Source: a bacterium (GTDB lineage: Bacteria > Patescibacteriota > Dojkabacteria > SC72). Taken from it: a DNA stretch of 35,049 nucleotides. Positions 17,012 through 25,175 of this stretch are shown in pieces. Position numbers and translations under genes: made by a program. The first letter of the stretch is position 1; the number at the start of each line of letters is the position of its first letter. The DNA lies in assembly GCA_021463465.1 (NCBI GenBank), contig JAJTYH010000003.1, positions 417,942 to 452,990 of the forward strand, read 5' to 3'. Below the pieces are notes generated by a model. That model did not search any database. It saw nothing but the letters and a program-made list of their open reading frames with translations, and was not told the DNA's origin.

Positions 17012-18177
17012 TGACCTACTATTTCCTGCCCGGAAGACTTTTCACGCTTTCCAAAGCTGAGCTACTATCTGTTCTCCCTTTATATGTAAAAGATTTTACC
17101 CTGGAGTATGCTGCTCCTTCGGTAATTTTTGTTAAAACCAATTCTTTAGAAGCTGATTTAAAACAAGTATTTGAACGCCTTGGTGGTTTTTTGGGTTTTG
17201 GGAAAGTCATCGATGAGAATGGTCAGTTCCTTGCACCGTTTATGGACAAAGAGAAAGTTACTTTTGGTGTAAATGTTTACGGTAAAGTTGACGGATTTGA
17301 TTACAGCAGCGGTAAGAAGTTCTGTGAAGAGATTAAGAAGAACTTAAAAGCGAATAATGTAGCATCTAAATATCTGTTTGCTACCTCTATGGTACTAAGC
17401 GCAATTGTTGTTGAAAAGGAGAAGATTTTGGAGAGAGGTTTCCTTATGGAGATATTCAAAGCTAACGGTAAGCTCAATTACGGAATGAGTTTGGGAGTTC
17501 AAGATATTGAAAGTTTTGCTAGTTTGGAATACGACAAACCTTATACTGATAAACGTATGGGGGTACTTCCTGCTAAATTAGCTAGAATGATGGTGAATCT
17601 AGCAGGTTTAAAGCCCAACCAAACTCTGTGGGATCCGTTCTGTGGCTCAGGAACTATTCTTTTAGAAGCTTTTAAACAAGGCATCCATGTGATCGGATCA
17701 GATATTGATAGTAAGGCCGTTAGAATGTCAGAGGCCAACATTGAGTGGTTAGCAGCAAAAGAGGGGAATAAAAGCACGAAATATAAGGTTTTTAAGATGG
17801 ATATCTTAAAGCCAGACAGCCATATATTAGGGTTACTACGTAAGACTGATTTTGACGGATTGGTATGTGAACCGTATATGGGTCCTCCCGCACTTGAGAC
17901 AATCGGGGAAAAACGAGCTCGTGCATTACTCGAAGGCGTTAAGTCCCTTTATGTCGCGCTTTTCGAGATTTTAGAACATTCTAAGCTCTCAAACTTTAAT
18001 GCAGTAATAATTGTGCCTTCATATCGAACTCCCCGTGGATGGATGACCCTTTCGGTATCGGATTTTGTAGGTAAAAGATGGACGATTCTTAACAAAAAAT
18101 GGGGAGAGCCCTTGCAATGGAGCAGGTCAGATAGTATCATTAGACGCAATATTTTTGTGCTTTCTAAGCGAAACTAG
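17011..18177 (+). CDS. Class I SAM-dependent RNA methyltransferase-like protein (UPF0020/Trm11/RlmL-like catalytic domain) with ~190-aa N-terminal domain
   Basis: Motif I context is LPAKLARMMVNLAGLKPNQTLWDPFCGSGTILLEA. The motif IV variant is LVCEPYMGPP (canonical DPPYG). The start ATG overlaps the rplU stop (TAATG). Confidence 0.7.
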   Translation: MTYYFLPGRLFTLSKAELLSVLPLYVKDFTLEYAAPSVIFVKTNSLEADLKQVFERLGGFLGFGKVIDENGQFLAPFMDKEKVTFGVNVYGKVDGFDYSSGKKFCEEIKKNLKANNVASKYLFATSMVLSAIVVEKEKILERGFLMEIFKANGKLNYGMSLGVQDIESFASLEYDKPYTDKRMGVLPAKLARMMVNLAGLKPNQTLWDPFCGSGTILLEAFKQGIHVIGSDIDSKAVRMSEANIEWLAAKEGNKSTKYKVFKMDILKPDSHILGLLRKTDFDGLVCEPYMGPPALETIGEKRARALLEGVKSLYVALFEILEHSKLSNFNAVIIVPSYRTPRGWMTLSVSDFVGKRWTILNKKWGEPLQWSRSDSIIRRNIFVLSKRN

Positions 18178-18198
18178 CTTATTTGATTAGATGTTAAT

Positions 18199-18462
18199 AT
18201 GTCAAAGGTAAAAGGCGCTGGTGCAGTCTCCATGACGAAAAACATGGAAGGCAAGCGACTAGGAGTCAAGAAGTTTGGTGGGGAAACCGTAGTTATAGGC
18301 AATATAATCGTTAAACAGCGTGGTACCGTGTATCATGTAGGTAAAAACGTTAAAATCGGTCGTGACCACACAATTTACGCTGTGGCTGATGGTGTAGTCG
18401 CTTTTCGCCGAATGTCAGGTTATAAGCGATCTAGGTATTATGTTGACGTAGTGACCAAGTAA
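18199..18462 (+). CDS. rpmA: 50S ribosomal protein L27 (divergent N-terminus)
   Basis: The core KRLGVKKFGGE…IIVKQRGT..H.G.NV..GRDHT.YA..DG.V.F matches L27. The N-terminal 17 aa (MSKVKGAGAVSMTKNME) deviate from the usual AHKKxxGSxxNGRDS. Confidence 0.9.
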   Translation: MSKVKGAGAVSMTKNMEGKRLGVKKFGGETVVIGNIIVKQRGTVYHVGKNVKIGRDHTIYAVADGVVAFRRMSGYKRSRYYVDVVTK

Positions 18463-18464
18463 AA

Positions 18465-19211
18465 ATGCCCAGGCAAAAATTTATCCAAATCGAGAGTAAG
18501 AATGCGATTTTAGAGCTGCTCAAAGACGGCAAGCCAATTGACCGTATATATATTGCACAAAATGCCTACAAGGACCCTAAAACACGTGAAATAGTTGAGA
18601 TGGCTCACAAACAGAAGGTACAGGTAATTGATATCAACAGACGAAGTTTAAACCGTATAACGAAAGCAGGCAGTGTAGAGAGTGTAGTGGCTATGACCCA
18701 AGCTGAAAACCAGTGGGGATTGCGTGAATTGTTGGATAAGCTTTATTCACAGAATATGACGCCGTTTTTCCTTTTACTCGATCATTTGAAATATGAACAG
18801 AACATTTCTGCAGTGCTTAGAACTGCTTTTGCCGCCGGCGTTAACGGCGTTGTTACTCCAATTAGTCGTGATAACTTCATTACAGGTGAATCAGTGAGAA
18901 TATCTATGGGTGCGGCGCTTCGAATTCCTATTGTTGAAATCGGTATTTTCGAAGCCATAAAGATACTCCAAAAAAATGGAGTAAGGATTATGGCTTTGAC
19001 AATGGAGGGTAAAAGCTTTTATGAAACTGATTTAAAGGGAGGAGTGGCATTCGTATTAGGTGCTGAGGACGTAGGAATCTCGTCTAAAGTACTTGAAAAA
19101 GTGGATCAACAAATCTCTATTCCCATGCGTGAAGGTATCGGTTCACTAAATGTCAGCGCCAGTGCTGCGGTTGTCTGTTATGAAAAACTTCGTCAAGAAG
19201 TCAGCGCTTAG
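18465..19211 (+). CDS. TrmH/SpoU-family RNA 2'-O-methyltransferase (RlmB-like)
   Basis: It has an N-terminal SpoU substrate-binding-like segment (ESKNAILELLKDGKPIDRIYI). SPOUT motifs are LLLDHLKYEQNISAVLRTA, FVLGAEDVGIS and IPM.EGIGSLNVS. Confidence 0.85.
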   Translation: MPRQKFIQIESKNAILELLKDGKPIDRIYIAQNAYKDPKTREIVEMAHKQKVQVIDINRRSLNRITKAGSVESVVAMTQAENQWGLRELLDKLYSQNMTPFFLLLDHLKYEQNISAVLRTAFAAGVNGVVTPISRDNFITGESVRISMGAALRIPIVEIGIFEAIKILQKNGVRIMALTMEGKSFYETDLKGGVAFVLGAEDVGISSKVLEKVDQQISIPMREGIGSLNVSASAAVVCYEKLRQEVSA

Positions 19212-20056
19212 CTAAGCATTCTTTTAGTAATCTCCTCTAATTCTTTATCGGTGTTATAACGAATGCTTATTTTTCCACCAGTAGTCTGTTTACTTATCTC
19301 AACGGTATACCCAAGTTTTTTGGACAGAGCTTTACTAAAGTCAATCATCTGTTGAGTTAGGTTTCGCACGTTCTTTCGTGTAGATGCCTTACCGAAATTG
19401 ATTTTCCGAACCATAAGTTCTGTGTCGCGCACGTTCATCTCTTTTCTAAGCACAATATTCATTGCGGCGACTAGTGAAGCACTGTCGGTTAAACCCATTA
19501 GAGCTCGTGCATGGCCTTCTGATATCTTTTCATTAAGTACCGCCTCTTTAACAACATCGGGAAGTGTCAGGAGACGCATTTTATTAGTGACTGCCACTCG
19601 GCTGAGACCTACCTTACGAGCGATTACATCGTGAGTAAGGTGGAACTGTTCACTTAACTGCTTGAATGCTACAGCTTGTTCTAAAGGATTAAGGTCTTCT
19701 CGTTGTATATTTTCGATAAGTGCAAGCTCAAGCATTTCCTGTGGCGAGCTTTCCTTCAATACAACGGGCACTTTCTTAAGTCCTGCTAGTTGAGCGGCTC
19801 TGAATCTGCGTTCACCAGCGATTAGAAAGTAGTTTCCTGTCTTTTCATCCCGAGTGATGATTAATGGTTGGATAATTCCGTGTTCTCTAATGGAATCTGC
19901 GAGCTGAATTAGGTCTTCTGGCTCAATATGCATTCGGGGCTGATAGGGGTTGGGGGAGATAAAGGCAATATCAAAAGCTTCGTTATATGCTCCTGATTCG
20001 TTAGAAATCTCTTGTGAACTAATAAGGGCAGCCAGACCTTTACCTAATCTTTGCAT
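19208..20056 (-). CDS. parB: Chromosome partitioning protein ParB/Spo0J
   Basis: Motifs are NPYQPR, GIIQPLI and the GERRFRAA box, plus an HTH region. It lies downstream of parA and overlaps the convergent rlmB-like stop by 4 nt. Confidence 0.95.
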   Translation of the reverse strand: MQRLGKGLAALISSQEISNESGAYNEAFDIAFISPNPYQPRMHIEPEDLIQLADSIREHGIIQPLIITRDEKTGNYFLIAGERRFRAAQLAGLKKVPVVLKESSPQEMLELALIENIQREDLNPLEQAVAFKQLSEQFHLTHDVIARKVGLSRVAVTNKMRLLTLPDVVKEAVLNEKISEGHARALMGLTDSASLVAAMNIVLRKEMNVRDTELMVRKINFGKASTRKNVRNLTQQMIDFSKALSKKLGYTVEISKQTTGGKISIRYNTDKELEEITKRMLS

Positions 20057-20078
20057 GTTTTAATTGTAGTTATTTAAA

Positions 20079-20870
20079 TTAAGCAAAACGTTTAATAAAT
20101 TCTTGGGCCAATTTTCTATATGCAATCGCACCGGTTGATTTGGGATCGTAATCGGCAATTGATTTGCCGTGTGAAGGTGCTTCAGAAAGTCTTACGTTTC
20201 TAGGGATGATTGATTGAAAGACAATATCTCCAAAAAAATCTTTTACATCGTTTACCACACTCTCAGAAAGCTTCGTACGGCTGTCGTACATTGTTAGTAC
20301 TGCACCTCCGATTGAAAGGTTAGGGTTAATTCCCTTGATTAACTTGGTTGTTTCAAGGAGTTGACCTAAACCCTCAAGAGCAAAATATTCGCATTGTACT
20401 GGGATAATTACTTTGTCAGCTGCTGTTAATGCATTGATTGTAAGTAGTCCGAGCGAAGGCGGACAATCAATGATTGCATAATCTATGGATTCTTTTAACT
20501 GGGATATAGCTTTTTTAAGGAGCTGTTCTCGTGTAAGCATGTTCACCATCTCAATCTCGGCTCCAGCCAACGAAAGATGTGATGGAACTAAAAATAGGTT
20601 AGGAATTGAGGTGGACACAAAAACTGAAGACATTGAAGCTCCTTCTACAAGAACGTTATAAATACTTTTGTACGGAGGTTCACTTTTGTTATCCCAGCTT
20701 TGTTTGTCGTACTGTTGAGAAAAGCCTATTCCAGAACTCAGATTCGCTTGAGGATCTAAATCAATTAGAAGAACTTTTTTGCCTAAAAGCGCTAGATTGG
20801 CTCCAAGATTGATAGCTGTTGTGGTTTTACCAACGCCACCTTTCTGATTTGCTATAACAAAAGTCTTCAT
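20079..20870 (-). CDS. parA: Chromosome partitioning ATPase ParA/Soj
   Basis: It has the deviant Walker A NQKGGVGKTTTAINL, LLIDLDPQANLS and DCPPSLG. Confidence 0.95.
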   Translation of the reverse strand: MKTFVIANQKGGVGKTTTAINLGANLALLGKKVLLIDLDPQANLSSGIGFSQQYDKQSWDNKSEPPYKSIYNVLVEGASMSSVFVSTSIPNLFLVPSHLSLAGAEIEMVNMLTREQLLKKAISQLKESIDYAIIDCPPSLGLLTINALTAADKVIIPVQCEYFALEGLGQLLETTKLIKGINPNLSIGGAVLTMYDSRTKLSESVVNDVKDFFGDIVFQSIIPRNVRLSEAPSHGKSIADYDPKSTGAIAYRKLAQEFIKRFA

Positions 20871-20908
20871 TGATTTTCAGTATAGATTGTTTCACACGAG
20901 GTGTAAAG

Positions 20909-21514
20909 CTATTCCTCGTATTTTACATGTTCCGCGAAGCGGAAGCGCTCAAGCGGGTAGTAGATAAGCCAAACCTTGCCTTTAATACTTTGTTCTTCTA
21001 TAGGTCCGAATGCGCGAGAATCTGAACTGTGTGGTCGGTTATCACCACTACCAAAGTACATACCTAAGGGTATTTCGACCTCTTCTCCCTCATGAAGAAA
21101 TTCTCCGCCACTAGTGTAAACTGTACTGTCTAAATACTTGCTTTCATCAAGGAGTATTCCGTTGATATAGTAGCGTCCGTCTCTGAGAGATACAGTATCT
21201 CCTGGCATGCCTATTATACGTTTGATGAAGTCTTGTTCGTTTGAATATTTAAAAATGACTACATCGCCTCGCACAGGCTTTGTGAGTCTGTATATCACCT
21301 TGTTGGCAATTAAGTGCTCTCCATTATGATAGGTAGGAAACATAGAGGTTCCAACTACCTCATGTGGTGTCATGAAGAACAGATATAAAACTACTGAAAT
21401 AGCCAAAGCCACAACGATGGCTTCAATACTTGAGAAAATGAATGATCCGATGCCAGCTAGTATGGAAGTTAATGTTTCGAGAGGGGTTTTTTGTTCCTGT
21501 ACTTGTTCGTACAT
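20909..21514 (-). CDS. lepB: Signal peptidase I
   Basis: It has an N-terminal TM helix. S26 boxes are GTSMFPTY (Ser), KRIIGMPGD (Lys) and GDNRPHSSDSR. Confidence 0.93.
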   Translation of the reverse strand: MYEQVQEQKTPLETLTSILAGIGSFIFSSIEAIVVALAISVVLYLFFMTPHEVVGTSMFPTYHNGEHLIANKVIYRLTKPVRGDVVIFKYSNEQDFIKRIIGMPGDTVSLRDGRYYINGILLDESKYLDSTVYTSGGEFLHEGEEVEIPLGMYFGSGDNRPHSSDSRAFGPIEEQSIKGKVWLIYYPLERFRFAEHVKYEE

Positions 21515-21540
21515 TTACGGCAGTTTTTATTTAAAATATC

Positions 21541-21612
21541 TGCCGCTACAGGGAATCGAACCCTGGTTTACAGGATGAAAACCTGTCGTCCTAACCACTA
21601 GACGATAGCGGC
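21541..21612 (-). tRNA. tRNA-Glu(UUC): tRNA-Glu (anticodon TTC)
   Basis: On the minus-strand RNA, acceptor is GCCGCTA/TAGCGGC, anticodon stem ACAGG/CCTGT with loop TTTTCAT, and T arm CAGGG-TTCGATT-CCCTG. Confidence 0.9.
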
Positions 21613-21623
21613 AACCCTGCATT

Positions 21624-21854
21624 CTACTGTTTTTTATTCATAAAGAAAAGTTTTTCTTCATCAAAAGAAGCCCTTCTGAAGCTGTTAAGTTCAAGATCGT
21701 AAATGTAACGGCGCTTGCATCTGCACTCAATAACTTCTTTAGTTGTAGAAAGGCTTCCCAGTTTCTTGGCCTTATCTAAAGGTTGAGTACAACCCACGCA
21801 TAGACGTCTACCTAAAAGCACTTTTTGAAAAGGTGAGATTAGATTTTTAATCAT
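21624..21854 (-). CDS. Small 4-Cys (zinc-ribbon-like) hypothetical protein, 76 aa
   Basis: The track ORF 21624..21917 overlaps tRNA-Leu, so I trimmed it to the internal ATG at 21854 (MIKNLISPF…). It contains CVGC and CRC pairs. No family was recognised. Confidence 0.45.
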   Translation of the reverse strand: MIKNLISPFQKVLLGRRLCVGCTQPLDKAKKLGSLSTTKEVIECRCKRRYIYDLELNSFRRASFDEEKLFFMNKKQ

Positions 21855-21874
21855 TATGTTTGTTTTTAAGTAAG

Positions 21875-21960
21875 TGCCGGGGACAGGGATTGAACCTGCA
21901 AAGGATTTTACTCCCACATGGTCCTAAGCCATGCGCGTCTGCCAGTTTCGCCACCCCGGC
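21875..21960 (-). tRNA. tRNA-Leu(UAG): tRNA-Leu (anticodon TAG), type II with long variable arm
   Basis: Acceptor is GCCGGGG/CCCCGGC and anticodon stem CATGG/CCATG with loop CTTAGGA. The variable arm is long (TGGGAGTAAAATCCTTT), followed by the T arm GCAGG-TTCAATC-CCTGT. Confidence 0.9.
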
Positions 21961-22004
21961 AAAATAGCAGATAATTCTATATGAAACCAACGTTTATTGC
22001 AAAA

Positions 22005-23435
22005 TCAGGCTTTCTCGAAGTTGCGTGCAAATTGGTAGAGAAGCTCTTCACTGAAATGGTTTCCAATGAGCTGCATTCCGATAGGTAAACCTGATTCACT
22101 CTTTCCGCATGGGACTGATAGAGCAGGTACTCCTACTGGGTTTATGGTCACAGTGAAAGCATCTAGAAGCCACATCTTAAGTGGATCACTGCTATTTTCT
22201 CCGAACTTGAAAGGTAATATTGGCATAGTTGGCGTTAAGAGTATGTCGACATTTTCAAAAGCTTTAACCATATCAGCTTTAAGGAGGGCTCTTACCTGTT
22301 GAGCCTTATGATAGTATTTGTCTGCATATCCCTCTGATAACGCATAAGTTCCTAGTATAATTCTACGTTTCTCTTCGGCTCCAAAATTTTCGCCCCTGGT
22401 ATTCATATATCTCTCTTGCCAGTCACTTCCTTCGGAAATAGGTCCAAAACGGATGCCATCCATTCTGGCAAGATTTGAGCTTGCTTCAGAGATACCTATC
22501 AGATAGTAAGCGGCAATAGCATATTCTGTATAAGGCAAAGAAACTTCTGCAATCTCACATCCAAGTCCTTTAAACTTCTCGATTGCCTGATCAATTGCTT
22601 GTTTTACCTGAGTATCAACACCTTGATTCATATACTCTTTGACTATCCCGATTCTTTTACCCTTCAAAGTGTTTTCCATTTCTAATGTATAATCTGGTAC
22701 TGGAAGGGGTGAAGAAGTAGCGTCCTTTGAATCTTTACCAGCAATTACGCTTAGGATTAAAGCATTGTCATATACATCCTTAGTCATTGGGCCAACACTA
22801 TCGTACGAAGAGGCGTAAGCAATGGCTCCAAACCTGGAAACTCTGCCGTAGGTTGGTTTGAGACCAACTATTCCACAAAATGATGCTGGGCATCGGATTG
22901 AACCTCCCGTATCTTCTCCTATCGAAAATAATCCTCCACCATAAGATACAGCTGCACCACTGCCTCCACTTGAACCACCAGGTACTCTTTCAGTATCGTG
23001 GGGATTACGTGTAACACCGTAAGCAGAATTTTCAGTAGATGATCCAAAACCGAAAGCATCGCAATTGGTTTTTCCAATGAGGATAGCGTCTTGTCCATCA
23101 AGTTTTTCAATGATAGTTGCATTGTAAGGGGAAATGTAACCTTCTAAAATTTTGGATCCAGCAGTTGTTTGGATACCTTCTGTGTTGTAGACATCTTTGA
23201 CTGTGTAAGGAATACCTGCGAGTCTTCCTAGAATTTCACCTTTTTTTCGAGCCTCATCAATTTGAGATGCTTTTCTCAAAGCACTGTCTTCGCAAATTGT
23301 GATAAAAGCATTTATTTCAGGTTCCATATCTCTGACACGATTTAAGCAACTGGTAACCAACTCCTTAGCAGTGAGCTCGCCTTTCTCCATCAATTCAAGT
23401 GCCTCTTTTACTGTTAGTTCAAATGGTCTTTTCAT
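22005..23435 (-). CDS. gatA: Asp/Glu-tRNA(Asn/Gln) amidotransferase subunit A
   Basis: The amidase signature is GGSSGGSGAAVS…GEDTGGSIR.PA. The size is typical (476 aa). It overlaps gatC by 4 nt. Confidence 0.96.
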   Translation of the reverse strand: MKRPFELTVKEALELMEKGELTAKELVTSCLNRVRDMEPEINAFITICEDSALRKASQIDEARKKGEILGRLAGIPYTVKDVYNTEGIQTTAGSKILEGYISPYNATIIEKLDGQDAILIGKTNCDAFGFGSSTENSAYGVTRNPHDTERVPGGSSGGSGAAVSYGGGLFSIGEDTGGSIRCPASFCGIVGLKPTYGRVSRFGAIAYASSYDSVGPMTKDVYDNALILSVIAGKDSKDATSSPLPVPDYTLEMENTLKGKRIGIVKEYMNQGVDTQVKQAIDQAIEKFKGLGCEIAEVSLPYTEYAIAAYYLIGISEASSNLARMDGIRFGPISEGSDWQERYMNTRGENFGAEEKRRIILGTYALSEGYADKYYHKAQQVRALLKADMVKAFENVDILLTPTMPILPFKFGENSSDPLKMWLLDAFTVTINPVGVPALSVPCGKSESGLPIGMQLIGNHFSEELLYQFARNFEKA

Positions 23436-23728
23436 TTATTTAAAACGCTTTTGATTGCAATATACCCTTTTTTAGATGATTTCGGACGGTTTTGAGTAGC
23501 TTTATCGCTACTGAGTGACTCTTCAACAATATCTTCTCTAAAAATATTTGATAAATCAGTTTGAGATTTAAACACAGCACCTTTGGTATCTAACTGAGAA
23601 AGTTTGTCTACGTAAGCCAGGATATCCCCAATTTGTGCCGTAAAGGTCTCCAATTCTTCTGGTGAAAGATTGATATTGGCTAAACGAGCAATCCGTTTTA
23701 TATCTTCAGTTGTTATCTGTTTAGCCAT
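23432..23728 (-). CDS. gatC: Asp/Glu-tRNA(Asn/Gln) amidotransferase subunit C
   Basis: 98 aa. The pattern is typical of GatC: IKRIARLANINLSPEELETFTAQIGDILAYVDKLSQLD. It sits between gatB and gatA. Confidence 0.9.
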   Translation of the reverse strand: MAKQITTEDIKRIARLANINLSPEELETFTAQIGDILAYVDKLSQLDTKGAVFKSQTDLSNIFREDIVEESLSSDKATQNRPKSSKKGYIAIKSVLNK

Positions 23729-25157
23729 TTGATTTAAGTTTGGATTTAACTATTTCAGTAACTATTTTTACATCAGCCTTTCCACCCATTGCTTTCATGA
23801 CCTGTCCGACTAAGAACATTAGCACATTAGGATTCTTTTGGTAATCTGATACTGCTTTGGGATTTCCCTCCAGAACTCTTTGAGCTTCCGATTCCAGCTC
23901 ATTACTATCACTTATTACTCTTAGCCCTTTTTCTTCAATGATTTTATCTGGCATCACGCCAGTGGTAAATGAAGCGAGTAGTACCTCTTTGCCTGAAGTT
24001 CGGGTAATTTCTCTCTGTTCAACTTTCTTAATAATTTCAGTGAGCCATTCCAATTTAAAGTCATTATGTTTTTGTGCTTGATCAAGCGAGAAATATTCTA
24101 CTGCGTACCATTTAGCAAATAGAGGCACAATCGTATTATCTATTTTTGATATAGCTTGTTCGAATGCTTGATATGTTTCTGGGTCGGAAATTATATTTTC
24201 TGCAATATCACGATCAATATTTAACTTATTGATATATCGAGCAAGTTTTTCATTAGGAAGTTCGATTATTTCAGCCTTAATCCGTTCAACATATGCTTTA
24301 TTCAGTTCGATTAGTGGGATATCGGGTTCAGGGAAGTATCTATAACCAGCTTCTGCTTCTTTGGTTCTTTGTGAAGCGGTTTTCCCTGACATATCAATTA
24401 ATCCTCGGGTTTCCTGAATTGGAGTTTGTCCACTCTCCAATATTTCAGACTGACGTTCAATTTCTAACTCAATAACTTTTTCCAAAACGGAAATAGAACC
24501 AATGTTTTTTACCTCAACTTTATAATTCGGTAATTCTTTCGTGCTACTGGATTTAACTGAGATATTAAGCTCAAATCGCATCTCACCCTTTTCCATATCC
24601 GCATTTGAAATATCTAGATATCTGACAATCTGTCTTAAACGTTTTGCAAATGTGGTTACGTCCTCTTTGTTATTAAAGTCAGGTTCGGTTACCACTTCAA
24701 TCAAAGGTACTCCAGATTTATTGTAGTCCAGATAAGTTTCACCATTCTCATGTATTGATTTGCCTGTATCTTCTTCTTGATGCACTCGTGTAATACGTAC
24801 TGTTTTATTGCCTGATGGGGACGGAATCTCCATGTTACCAGTGTGGCCGATTGGTGAGTCATACTGGGAAATCTGAAATCCTTTAGGCAAGTCAGGATAG
24901 AAGTAGTTTTTGCGGTCAAACTTAGTGTTTTCGTTGATTTTACAGTTTAGAGCAATCGCTAGCTTAACACAGTAATTAATCGCAGCCTTGTTGGGCACAG
25001 GAAGTGCTCCAGGTAGTCCTAAACATACTGGACAAGTGTGGGTATTGGGGTCGCTCTGAAAGTATCGTGCATCGCACCCGCAGAACATTTTAGAAAGGGT
25101 TTTAGATTGTATATGGATTTCAAGACCGATTACGGGCTCGTAAAGACCTGTCTGCAT
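23721..25157 (-). CDS. gatB: Asp/Glu-tRNA(Asn/Gln) amidotransferase subunit B
   Basis: Motifs are YEPVIGLEIHIQ, CPVCLGLPGALP, RKNYFYPDLPKGFQISQ and a C-terminal YqeY-like tail. Confidence 0.96.
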   Translation of the reverse strand: MQTGLYEPVIGLEIHIQSKTLSKMFCGCDARYFQSDPNTHTCPVCLGLPGALPVPNKAAINYCVKLAIALNCKINENTKFDRKNYFYPDLPKGFQISQYDSPIGHTGNMEIPSPSGNKTVRITRVHQEEDTGKSIHENGETYLDYNKSGVPLIEVVTEPDFNNKEDVTTFAKRLRQIVRYLDISNADMEKGEMRFELNISVKSSSTKELPNYKVEVKNIGSISVLEKVIELEIERQSEILESGQTPIQETRGLIDMSGKTASQRTKEAEAGYRYFPEPDIPLIELNKAYVERIKAEIIELPNEKLARYINKLNIDRDIAENIISDPETYQAFEQAISKIDNTIVPLFAKWYAVEYFSLDQAQKHNDFKLEWLTEIIKKVEQREITRTSGKEVLLASFTTGVMPDKIIEEKGLRVISDSNELESEAQRVLEGNPKAVSDYQKNPNVLMFLVGQVMKAMGGKADVKIVTEIVKSKLKSNG

Positions 25158-25175
25158 GCGGGTATATTATCACAG

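Noticed and set aside
20888-20895. A parS-like half site, TGTTTCAC, just upstream of parA.
   Set aside because: Only one half of the TGTTTCACGTGAAACA palindrome is present; the other arm reads GTGTAAAG. I found no full parS in the window.
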